A stretch of 64,000 nucleotides of DNA, from NCBI GenBank assembly GCA_965603825.1, contig CBFDEM010000054.1:434001-498000 (forward strand), given 5' to 3'. Shown one piece after another: positions 53,572 to 64,000 of this stretch. This DNA comes from Blepharisma stoltei ATCC 30299 (taxonomy: Eukaryota; Protista; Ciliophora). The notes beneath the pieces were generated by a model that worked only from the letters and a program-made list of their open reading frames with translations, had not been told where the DNA came from and searched no databases. The stretch's first letter is position 1. Each line of letters begins with the position of its first letter. The translations under genes were made by a program, and so were the position numbers.

Positions 53572-54297
53572 TTAAACTGAAACAGCTTTTCCTTCCAACG
53601 CATAGTCCTCATAAAACATTTCGACCATATTCCAGTCAATTATTTCCCACCAGGAGTCAATGTATTCTTCTCTATCCCATTCATAATAAAAATAATACGC
53701 ATGCTCCCATACATCAATTCCTAGAAAAGGGTAGCAATCTCCTCCAGCAAGTGGAGATGACTCATCACTGTTCGTTTTAATTTGGATGCTTCCTGACTTT
53801 ACACAGGCCCAAACCCAGCCACTTCCAAATAAATTTTTTGCAGCATTTGAGAAGTCGGTTTGGAAATTGGAAAAACTCCCATACTGGCTTTCAATATCTA
53901 GGCCTAAGTTGTCATTTGGCTCATCTGAGCTTCCGCAGCGAGAATTTAGAAGAATCCACCAGAGTAATGAATGATTATAATGGCCACCTGCATATCTGCT
54001 GATATTAGAGTCTGTAGTTCCGTATTGAATAAGAAGGTCAGTGAGGGTAAGGCTGGTATATGTGGAATTGGTTGAGATATAAGAGTTTAACTGATCTATC
54101 AGTTGTTGATGGACTTTTACATGATGATAATAGAGCAATTGAGATCAGTATTGTGGCTGCAGATAACCATATTGATAAGGCAGCTTTGGCAGAGTAAATT
54201 CGCCCTTTTCGTTTAGAGCTGAGTATTCGTCTTTATCACAAGATGTGGCTGCGGATGATAGTGTAAGCAGAAAAAGAGCTATGCGTTTTAGAGTCAT
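53572..54297 (-). CDS. Fe/Mn superoxide dismutase-family protein with signal peptide
   Basis: FTLPKLPY, YHH, GGHYNHSLLW, FGSGWVW, DVWEHAYY; hydrophobic N-terminus MTLKRIALFLLTLSSA; one TGA. Confidence 0.9.
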
Positions 54298-54506
54298 TTA
54301 GCTATTAATTTTAATTATTTCATAATAGCTTGACTCTTCAAGCTGTATTATATTCTGTGATATAATTATTAAAAGTAGCGGTCACTTATTCACTATGAAA
54401 TTAAAAAACTGTACATAATCTAAAATTACTTAAGATTTGCAATAAGATCAACAGTTTCACGTTAATTTAAAATTGAGTTATTATTTCGTATCCTTACATT
54501 TAATGT

Positions 54507-55175
54507 CTACGGTTTCTGTGTGCCTTTTTTCACTGTTTCTGTTTTGCGTCTCATAACATCGATAGGTTGACTTAGCACTCCTAAGGTAATGTAATCGGAT
54601 TTTTTCACTTGCATGTAATCCTTGACTGCATAAGGATTGCCATTGTTTCCAATTTCACTGCCTGCTGTGGTATTCCTAGATGCATAAAAAGATACGTATT
54701 TAGATGATATAAAATCTTTTTCACTGGTATCATAAGCACCATTATTTTGAATCTTTATAGTGTTTTGGACTGGAATTTTGCTGGCTATGTTATAATTCTG
54801 CGAAATTATATTGCTATGGTCTTCAGTGAAACTTGCTGACATTGTACTTTTGTGCCATGATGCTCGAAGCTGATTGAAATTAACTGAAGGTGCTTTTTGT
54901 GAATATATTTCTGTATTTATCCCTATTTGCTTTTGGCTCTCGTTTTTAGGTGGACTTGATTCATACACTGCTTTTATTTTTTGCTGAAAGGACAGCTTTC
55001 GTGGCTTTGCCAAAGGAGTCATCCTGCATAAGTATCCATTTTGGATTGGGGATGGTTCATTATGGATTTGGGTTAGTTTAAGCGACTTATTTATTGGAAT
55101 TTTTGTATCAAACACTTCTGCAAAATTGCCTGGCTGAATTCGGTCTTGAAAACGTTTGCGGAAATTACTTTCCAT
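54507..55175 (-). CDS. hypothetical protein (222 aa)
   Basis: ATG..TAG ORF; no domain recognised. Confidence 0.65.
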   Translation of the reverse strand: MESNFRKRFQDRIQPGNFAEVFDTKIPINKSLKLTQIHNEPSPIQNGYLCRMTPLAKPRKLSFQQKIKAVYESSPPKNESQKQIGINTEIYSQKAPSVNFNQLRASWHKSTMSASFTEDHSNIISQNYNIASKIPVQNTIKIQNNGAYDTSEKDFISSKYVSFYASRNTTAGSEIGNNGNPYAVKDYMQVKKSDYITLGVLSQPIDVMRRKTETVKKGTQKP

Positions 55176-55301
55176 TTATTAACTTCCAACCATTGTCAAA
55201 CAGTTTTGGATCTTAAGATTGCGATTATTTTTTTAAATTTAATAAAAACAAATTAGGAATAATTTAGAGATAAAAATTATTAATTATTTAATAATTTTAT
55301 T

Positions 55302-56939
55302 TTAAAATCCAATTTCTTGTTTACCTTTTCTAAGATCTTCATATCGAATCATCATCATAAAATGAACTAAAAACATGAAAGTTAGGAATATTTTTATGAT
55401 GAGAAATAGCCCTTCCCATGAAACAATCTGATTGGCAGCAATAATCAACCCTGTGACTCCAAATGAAAAGCCTACAAGATTTGCAATGCATAATAAGAAA
55501 AGATAAAGTGAAGCTGATATCACGCACAGCCAGTTATATTGAAGTGTTTCTCTGAATTTTGCAAATTTCGGTCTGTTGAGATATCCTTTAACCAATGTTT
55601 CTGGGACGATGAAAATACACATTCCCCAGCCCCACACTAAAAGGCTCATTTTCAGATCATGCCAGAGTGCAACGAATCCAAATACAACCCAAATATTGAG
55701 CACTTTATATTTTGTTCCTCCTAGCGGAACAAATAGGTACCTTATCAGCCAGAGATTGAAAGATCGATGCCACATTCTTCAGAATCCTTCAAAGCAGTAT
55801 TCATTTGATATACATTTTCCAAGGTTTTCAGGTGTTTCAATACCATCAAGTAAAGCCCACAACCTGAAAAATCTCCAAATGACCATAAATTTGAGCCAAA
55901 TTCACTTTAAAATGACATAGGAGCCTGCAATGAGTTCATAGGCAGTGAAATCTTCCCAAATTCACTTATTCTTGGGGTTGATTGCAATCGCAGGGAAGTA
56001 AAGATTGTTTATCCACCACTGCAGTATAAAGAAGACGAATATGAGTCTTAGAGTGTAGAACGCAATCCTCTTGCTATCATAAGCCTGCTGCGGAGATTGA
56101 ATTTGAGAAATTCAAGCATTGTAAGTAAGAGTTGGCCCTGCCAAATATAAGGGAGGATAGCATGAATAAGCTAAAAATGCTTTTAGCGTATAAATATTTG
56201 CATGCTGTTCGTAACGATATTTCAAGCATGTAATTTCCTTAGTGCATTCGATGCACCTTTCCATGTGCTTGTGTTTAGATTTTATGGGCTTATTTAAATA
56301 GCACCAGTGGCAGTCAATAACAAAGCTAATTATTTTCAGCATCAGAAGGTTGCTACTTCTATTTCATTTAATTGCGATCGGGATTTGATCCAAGAACCCA
56401 AAATATGAAGAAATCCATCCAAATTTATAGCCATCATTGTATTCAGTAATAATTAAAAATGTGACGTTTGCAATTCAAACAAGAGCAGGAAATCACCTTT
56501 TGGCAATAAAAATCCTTAATAATACGTAATTTCCTAAAATCATGAGCAGCGTAAATAAAGTTCCTGGGCCATGTATATAAAGTAAGAAACCAAGCCCAAA
56601 AAGTAAATAATAGCCAATCTGTGCATCAAGGGAATTGCTATATCTAAGTAGCATTTTCCTTATCATAATAAACAAGCAAGCTGTCAGTGAAAGAGAAGGC
56701 AGTCCATTTAGAAAAGCTGTTAATTGGACATCATCAACATCGGCATAATTTGATCCGAATCATGATTCTCGCTTAACCCCAGCAATATGATTTTTTGCAG
56801 CAATCTCATGAGACAAGAAGTAAGCGTCCTTAAGGCAGACTCCAAAGCCAAAAATGGCAAAGGAAAGACAGATGTATTTTTCAAAGCTTCTCCAAAAGTG
56901 AATTGTAGGTGTATCAGGTGTTCCGGGCGCTATAAGCAT
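55302..56939 (-). CDS. GUP1: MBOAT acyltransferase, GUP1/HHAT-like
   Basis: [62 protein letters not shown]; 7 in-frame TGA. Confidence 0.85.
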
Positions 56940-57844
56940 CTTTAATTCTTTTATTATAAAAATATTCATGACCTCTTAATTCTAGAATAATCTGAAAAGC
57001 TATAGGAATCAATGCTGACAAAATTTTCCGCATGCTTTTCATTCATATTTTGACATTTTTAAATAAGATAATTATTACTTAATTAATAAAACTAATGTTT
57101 GTCTTTTAAATGATTTATTTGCAAATGCAAATTCTTTGGTAATTTATTTAGCATTATGACGTAATAAATTTAATGGCGTTCCTTTACTAGTTTTTCAAGA
57201 ATGATATTTTTTATCAGAAAGAGCGTTCCAGAAATTAAATATTAAATCAGCTTAATAAAATATTGTATCATTTCTTCGTAAATTTTACTCACTTAAAAAC
57301 TGAAACCAATATTTATCATGATTGCAATTATTATATTATTATTTCTAGTTTAAATAGAGAATGAAATTTCTAATATCAAATCAATTATAACAATTTTAGA
57401 GGATATCAAATCTAAATTAACTATAAATTTTGATCTGCTTTGCGTAGATTTAGATCATTTGCATGCATTTAGCACGCCTTCATGATAACTCCTTCTCTAC
57501 AACTTTGAGTTCTGACGAATCGTTAAGATGATAAATCAAATTCCTTTTTATCGGCTGCAAAAATTTATTAGCATGGAACTGATTTGTCACCTTTAGATGA
57601 TTTGCCAACTATAAGCTGCAGAAAAGGATTTAGGAGCAATTTTACAAAATTGACACTCAAAGCTCACTTTTTACTTAAGAATTTAGCTATCCAAGCTTAA
57701 AATTTAAAACTTGAAACTGCTAACAAGAAAATAAATAATTATAGCAAAAAATAGCTTTACCCATTCTGAAAATTAATACAATGTTCTTGATTTTCAAGTC
57801 TCTATTTAATTTAATCTATGGTAGTTATATAAATTAATTCAAAG

Positions 57845-60487
57845 ATGAGTGATCGTGAAGAAGAAGAGATCCTCGATGAGAATCCTAAAGAAGAGCAGGA
57901 AGAGGAGTATTACGAAGATATGCAAGAAGGCGAGCATCTTGCACCTGATCATCCTCTTATGAGGAATCTGCAAGGAGCCCTTAAGAGCCAACTTTCTGCT
58001 GAGCTCGAGCGCCTGAATCTTCAACTTCGCGAAAAAGAAGAAACCCTCAAAAAATTTCGCAGAGATCGTGAAGACGTTGGTGTGCAGCTATACGGGGTGC
58101 AGCAACAGCTTGCCAAGATGCAAATGAACTATGAAAGAACTCGTGACAACTACAACATTATCAAAAAATATCGCGAAGAAAGTGACGAGCAGCTGGACGT
58201 CTTGCAAAACGACTGGGACAAAAAGAAAAAAGAAGTTGAAGACCAAGCCAAAAAGGTCAACAAAGCCCAAGACGAGCTCAATCAAATTAACCGAACACTT
58301 AGGCAGGTAGAAGAGTATAACGAGCAAATGAAAAGCGAAATCGCTCAAGGCAGGAGGATGACCTATAAGGCTGAAGAAGCTGTAGTGAGGCTGGAAAAGG
58401 AGAAAAAAGGCCAAGATGTTTTGATCGACCATATGAATGAAGAAATCAAAAGGCTTGGCGAGCAGAAAAATCTTTTAGAAGCCCAATTGAGATCTCAAAG
58501 AGAACAAACTGAGACTGCCACAGAAACATTAAAAGACGCAAACGAGCAGTTAGATAAGATCAACTTGAGCAAAAAAGACTTAATGGCTGACTGGAGAGAT
58601 TACTTGAGAGGAATGCAAAGGAGAGATGAAACCTTGCAAGCAATTCAAAGTGAAATCCAAAAGCAAAGAGAGCAAGAATCCAACTTAGACTCAGAGCTCA
58701 GAGGATACCAGCAGCTATTCAAGCAAGAAACTGAAAATTATGACAAACTTCTTCAACAGATGGATAGCACAAAAAATGAACTTGGCCTCTTGAAGAAGAA
58801 TTTAGAAAACTTCGAAAACCAGAAAAAATACTTAGAAGAACAAGACAGAATGCTTAAGGCTTCAAAAAAGGCCACAGAAAAAGAAATCTCAAACCTGGAA
58901 ACCAAAAAGAAAGGAACTGAAGACCAACTAGGAGTGATTGAAAAAAATATCATGAAGTTGCACCAGGAAACTCAAAAATTGATGGAAGATATCATCAATA
59001 ATTTAAGCGAGCAAACGACCATTGAAAAAAGTGCTAATAATCTTTCCAAGCAGACTGACAGGATAAAACAAGGAATCAGGGAAAAAGAAGCAGAAAAAGA
59101 AGACGTCAATAATGACATCATCAGAGTCAAAATGGATGTCCTGCATACTGAGCAAGGCCTTGGCATGCTTAGAGAGAAAAAGGATGAAATCGAAAAAGAG
59201 CTGGCTGAAAAAGATGAGCTTCTTAAAAGATTCGAAAAAAATATCAGAAACAACCATGACGATTTAGAGAAAAAGCAGCTGCGAGTCGACAAACTTAATA
59301 GAGAATATGCAAATTTGACCAAAGATATCACAGACGAAAGCTCAGGACCTTATGAAGCCAAACTCAACCACTTGGAACGCTCCATCTTAGAAAAGGACAC
59401 TGAAATTAGCCGCCTTGAAAGGGATTGGATCTACTCCCAAACCCGTCTTGTTGAAAAGCAAAACGAAATCCAGCAAATAGAAATCAATAACTCTGACTAT
59501 AAAACCAAGCTCATCATTTTGGAGCAGCGCAAGCTGCGACTTAACAACCATATTGAATCGAGCCAAAAAGAAAGAGACCAAGTTGAAAACAGTTTAAAGA
59601 GCTTGAGGAACTATATGAATAGAATCAATATTTTGCTTGACAAAAATAGGGAATCCTACCGATCTATTGAAGACGACAATCGCCATCTTGAAAAAGACTT
59701 CGTGGACAGACTAAAAGAGCTTGAAAGAGAAACAGCAGGCATTGAAAAAGTAATAGAGCAGCTTAAAAAAGAAAAAGAAGACGTCCTATCTGATATTGTC
59801 GAAGCTGAGCGCCAAATTTTGCTTTGGGAAAGAAAAATCCAGCTTGAAAAAGAAATGCAGATGACAATCGACCCTAATGTTGGGCAAAAAGAAATGGAAG
59901 ATATGAAAAAAGAAATCCATAGAATGGAGCTCAAACTTGAAAGTTTACGAAAAAGGCAAGAGCAACTGATCAAAGATATGGAAAGAGCTGTCTCGAAGAG
60001 AGAAACCATCCAGCTGAAATACCAGCCACGAGTCGAAAAAAATAAGAAGTCAGGAGCATCCATAGGCAAACAAGTCGCAAACCTTAAAAATACTCTGAAA
60101 CACACAACGCAAAATTCTCAGCAAATTGACGCTAGTATTAAACAGAGAGAAGACGAGCTGCAACAGCTCGCACAGGAGTTGGAAAATGCAGCAGAGTTTC
60201 AAAGCAATGTAGAAGAAGACGTGCAACGAAACTCAGTTGAAGTATGCTCAATGAAATTGGAAAAAAATAAAAATTTGTGGCTAATTACGAAATTCCAAAC
60301 AGCTGCTAAGAGGCATGAGGAAGCAGCAAGTGGGAATTTCAAACTTTCTGGAAGGCCAGATGCACTAGAACAGCAGCTGGAGAGTGAAGAAACTAAGTAT
60401 GCCACAATAAGTGTTGTTCTTCAGCAAATTGCAAGTGAGAACCCGCAGTTCCAGATACTTTTTGATAAGATTTTAAATTGGGATTAA
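57845..60487 (+). CDS. CCDC40: CCDC40 axonemal ruler protein
   Basis: LAPDHPLMRNLQGALK, REDVGVQLYGVQQQLA, EAERQILLWERKIQLEKE, EIHRMEL. Confidence 0.9.
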   Translation: MSDREEEEILDENPKEEQEEEYYEDMQEGEHLAPDHPLMRNLQGALKSQLSAELERLNLQLREKEETLKKFRRDREDVGVQLYGVQQQLAKMQMNYERTRDNYNIIKKYREESDEQLDVLQNDWDKKKKEVEDQAKKVNKAQDELNQINRTLRQVEEYNEQMKSEIAQGRRMTYKAEEAVVRLEKEKKGQDVLIDHMNEEIKRLGEQKNLLEAQLRSQREQTETATETLKDANEQLDKINLSKKDLMADWRDYLRGMQRRDETLQAIQSEIQKQREQESNLDSELRGYQQLFKQETENYDKLLQQMDSTKNELGLLKKNLENFENQKKYLEEQDRMLKASKKATEKEISNLETKKKGTEDQLGVIEKNIMKLHQETQKLMEDIINNLSEQTTIEKSANNLSKQTDRIKQGIREKEAEKEDVNNDIIRVKMDVLHTEQGLGMLREKKDEIEKELAEKDELLKRFEKNIRNNHDDLEKKQLRVDKLNREYANLTKDITDESSGPYEAKLNHLERSILEKDTEISRLERDWIYSQTRLVEKQNEIQQIEINNSDYKTKLIILEQRKLRLNNHIESSQKERDQVENSLKSLRNYMNRINILLDKNRESYRSIEDDNRHLEKDFVDRLKELERETAGIEKVIEQLKKEKEDVLSDIVEAERQILLWERKIQLEKEMQMTIDPNVGQKEMEDMKKEIHRMELKLESLRKRQEQLIKDMERAVSKRETIQLKYQPRVEKNKKSGASIGKQVANLKNTLKHTTQNSQQIDASIKQREDELQQLAQELENAAEFQSNVEEDVQRNSVEVCSMKLEKNKNLWLITKFQTAAKRHEEAASGNFKLSGRPDALEQQLESEETKYATISVVLQQIASENPQFQILFDKILNWD

Positions 60488-60535
60488 ATAATAATTGATA
60501 TTAATCTAGGCTTCTTATTTGGAACTCAAAACTTA

Positions 60536-61315
60536 TTAAATTACTATAATATTGGCATTCGTCAGTGCACTGAATGCGCTTTTCCATGTTTCCCATTCAT
60601 CCTCACTATTCACTGCAAACAGCAGCCTGTTTTCATTTAAATACATCTCATTTTCTCTGTTAGTTCATGACCTTTTCCCGGTTCTTAGTGCTGGCTTTTC
60701 TTTTGGGGTTTCTCTATTAGGAATCAGTTTTGTCTTCACTGCTGGCTTTGTAAAGCTCACTGGTCTTGGCAAAAGGTGCCGAGGCTTATGCATTAAATGG
60801 CCTGAATTATTCAAGCTTACAGATCGGGCTGAGGAAGCTGGGCTTGAGTCTGCAGGAGACCTATCGTTGGTATTTATTTCTAGCAAATAATTAGGCTTTT
60901 TCTTTTGCTTGTAAGCGTAGACTGACATAATTGCTTCATTTGGGATGGACATCAAAGGAGGCTCTTCAAACAAAGCTGCATGCCGGCTTTTGTAGTAAAT
61001 TAATCCATTTGTGTCAAGCATGCATCATCTTGGAAGATAAAAATCAACAGAAGACGGCTTGTATCGTAGTAGCTCGCCACTAAAGCTTTCTCCAGCAAAT
61101 CTTAGTATTGACGATTCACTGGCTTTACTGCTTTCAGGAGAAGAGGCGACTGCAAATGCAATTATCTCGTCTATCGGCTGTTTAGTAGGTTTCCTATCTA
61201 TTTCGATTGAAACATGAGTATTTGTAGGGTTAAACACCATCTCATTTATTGTGATGTCTTCTTCTGGGACAGTTTCAGTGCCCATTTCTGATCCTGAGTC
61301 TGATGAGCCTTCCAT
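60536..61315 (-). CDS. PH-domain protein
   Basis: GELLRYKP..PRW(TGA)CML..LIYYKS and LLFAVNSEDEWETWKSAF. Confidence 0.75.
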
Positions 61316-61346
61316 TAAGGTAATACCAATTTTTCTTATTCCATAA

Positions 61347-63638
61347 TTAATTTTCAATTATCTTTAAATTACTTTCAAAAGAGTCCAGCATTGTTTGGAT
61401 GAGGCTCAAATCGAGGTTTTTTGACACTTTTCGATGGGACTCAATCATGTTTTTTGCCCAGGCGCATCTTTGTGAGTCTTCGAAAGAAAGAGAGATCTGC
61501 AAAGAATCTTTTTTCTGCTTTATTGCTAAAACCAGGGTTTTTGGATCTGAATTATATACAGTGGCTTCAACGTTTCTCAGGTTGGCGATATAAATTATTT
61601 TTCCATGGTTCATCACAGAAATGTCAGGGTCGACAATAATGAAAAAATTTTCATCTTCTATAATGTACCTTAGAATTTCACTTTTCCCTTCTTTAAGCCA
61701 GCACCTTAAGCATGTGCGATTCCCTATATAATTTTTACCAAATCCACAGTGTTCTCCAATTTTCCATTCATTCAGCTTTCTTAAATTATTCAAAGGGTAA
61801 ATATTAATATCAATATCTGAGGGAAAATCGCTTTTGCACAATAAATATCGGATTTTTCTGTACAAGAAGAACAGATACATGTTGATTTTGGTGGTTTCTA
61901 TATCTCCTTCAGGATGTCTTAAATGCAAAGGGACACTAGTAGCTAATTCTTTGTTTGAGCGTATTAAAATTGAGGAACTTGTTGTAAAATGCTCGTTGAA
62001 AGTGAATCGATTGGCCAATTGCCACTCTTCTTCAAAGGATTCTAAAAATAATAGTCCGTTGTATGAATTGTTGGTTAAAAGCCTTTTTAGATATTTCACA
62101 GGCTTCCTTAGTGCTTGGTTCAAAGCAATTTCGTCACGAATTAATAAGCATTTTTCTATATTTTGTCTATATGCTAAGTTAATAACAATTTTGGACAGTA
62201 ATTGACAAGCCAATAGTCTTAAAGGTGGCTTAATTGCCATTAAGTTCAGAAGATAGTGGACTATTTCATGGTCATAGCTTAATTCTGAGTCTACAGTGTA
62301 GTTATTTTCATCAGTAGTTTCATTTTGCAGATTAATTAATTGTTGAGAAAGGAGCCCTGATGCCTTTAAAATGGTTTTATTAATAAGATCATTCCACATG
62401 ACTGAATCAAGTAGCAACAAAATAAGTGTAATCAATGTATCATCTCTGGACTGTAGGTAGGATATTATTATTTGCCTTATCGTGTTATGCTTAAAATTTA
62501 CAGGCTCTGTAATATTTTTCAAACAATCAATTGTCAACTCTCCTAGCTTTAAAGTGTCAAAATCTCTTTTTTCTCGTTTAATTATGATAAGAGGATGTGG
62601 GTATAAAACTAAACTCAGCAGCTCGTCACGCACTTCTTTCAAAAAAATTGTTGAAATTAGAGTATTTAATAACTGAGGGTATTTTATCATTTGCAGAGTT
62701 TGGATCAACAAGTAAGTAGACAAAGATATTGACAGGTGATAAGGCTGCCTTTCAAAAGAAGCCAGCCCTCCAACTACAATTGGCAACAGCACAACCCTCA
62801 GCATGAGATCTGCAAGCTCTTCGCTGAATTCTTCAATCCCTAGCTCAAAAATATCGTTGACATAATACAAATTGTCTAAGTTATCAATCATGATCGAATC
62901 CATCCTGCTTATATTAGTTATCTCGGATATTTCCTTATCCATTTGTATTCACTGTTCCCTTATTGATGAAACCAGGGAGGCAAAAAACCCAGAATCCAAA
63001 ACAAACCTTTTAATTCGTTCATCAGGGACTAATTAGTCCTTACCTTTAAAAATATTTAGAATAACTGTCCTTGCTCCAGTTCTTATCATTGGCTCTTCGT
63101 AATTTAAAAACATAAATGCATGTGAATAAAGCCTGAATTCTTTATTGATAACAAAGTCCCTTAGCAGAGCCAAATTCAGATTCACTGCTAAGCCTTTTAA
63201 AAGCGAAATATAATTTTCTACAAGTTCATCGTCTCCGAAATCAAATGGCCATGATATGATTTCTCCATAAAATTGGGTGCTCAATAAATATTCTTTACTT
63301 TCGTTTTCAGACAGATTGTGAGCCAGTATATTAGCAGTTTGGATTAGCTGTATTGCAATTTCCTTCACTGTGTAGTTTTTTAGGATAAAAGTGAATAGGC
63401 TTTGGATGTCATTGGACATGAAATAGCTGTATTAAAGGTACTCGAAGAAATTTTGGTTATTTTGTTCGCTTCAGACGAGGATCTCGGCCATTTGTTTTAA
63501 ATTTTCGATAATTTTGCATTTGCTTTTGTGTGAGTGGTCTTTTATTGACTGTAGTTCTCTGTGGAGTTTCCTGGGTAATACTTACTGGAAGTGTTCAAGA
63601 GAAAATTTTTGTTTTCCTCCTATTAGCTTCGATATCAT
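61347..63638 (-). CDS. CLEC16A: CLEC16A/TT9/GOP-1-like FPL-domain protein
   Basis: FSLEH..IENLKQMAEILVW(TGA)SEQ, FDFGDDELVENYISLLK, MIRTGARTVILNIFKV; 15-nt introns 63571-63585, 63427-63441, 63029-63043. Confidence 0.85.
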
Positions 63639-63807
63639 TTTGAACAAATATTTATATAGAAAAATTTTCAGAAAAGAGCTTGCCTAAGACAAATAAATTA
63701 AAACTTATCCTATATTTTGAAGACATCCACTTGCATCACATCATTTGTATAACTTTTTAATTTAACTTTTAGATACAGCTCTTGCTTATTTAATTAATAT
63801 ATACTTG

Positions 63808-64000
63808 ATGGATAAATGGAATGTTAGAGCATCAGCCTGGAATCAGCTAAGCTATGAGATAGCAAACCACAATGATATCTATATATATGGGTTGTCATGC
63901 AATGGGAAGACAACTCTTGCTAGAGATTGTCTTTCTGCCAATCACATTCCATACTCTTACATCAGCTGTAAAGAAGCCTGCACTTTCCCAGAACTTTTGG
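63808..64000 (+). CDS. ORC5: ORC5-like AAA+ protein, 5' part (runs off window)
   Basis: IYIYGLSCNGKTTL..IPYSYISCKEACTFPELL resembles the ORC5 N-terminus; missed by the ORF track. Confidence 0.6.
   Translation, partial: MDKWNVRASAWNQLSYEIANHNDIYIYGLSCNGKTTLARDCLSANHIPYSYISCKEACTFPELL

Noticed and set aside
57480-57660. Possible C/D-box snoRNA (ATGAT/CTGA boxes; attagcatggaa resembles 18S rRNA)
   Set aside because: No proper RTGATGA box, and the rRNA-like 12-mer is in the wrong orientation relative to CTGA

Overview
This is AT-rich, gene-dense eukaryotic DNA from a heterotrich ciliate, almost certainly Blepharisma-type macronuclear sequence. TGA encodes Trp (TAA/TAG are stops), and introns are tiny (15-16 nt, GT..AG, branch-point A at position 10/11). 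The supplied standard-code ORF track therefore fragments most genes. Re-read with UGA=Trp and tiny introns, the window holds about 37 protein genes and one tRNA-Ala(CGC). Recognisable genes include TBC1D31, glutaredoxin, a dynamin-related protein, ARMC9, a 7TM-RGS, SCOT, Rab7, an MS5-like TPR-RRM protein, an EamA transporter, polyubiquitin, 3 Kelch proteins, 2 EGF-TM-RING-H2 ligases, a ciliate-type H1, CDC48, WASH1, kinesin-7, a P4-ATPase, an Fe/Mn-SOD-like protein, a GUP1-like MBOAT, CCDC40, CLEC16A and a partial ORC5. The most notable anomalies are: (1) a 112-bp TA-bounded IES-like insertion interrupting the P4-ATPase; (2) a frameshifting ~19-bp deletion in CDC48; (3) a second IES-like insertion plus compensating frameshifts in a Kelch paralog; (4) an inverted Kelch+RING gene pair flanking H1; (5) a signal-peptide SOD with intact metal ligands but replaced catalytic second-shell residues; (6) a 7TM-RGS; and (7) a small UBA protein with a LUBAC-LTM-like N-terminus. 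All homology calls are by eye and from memory; no searches were run.
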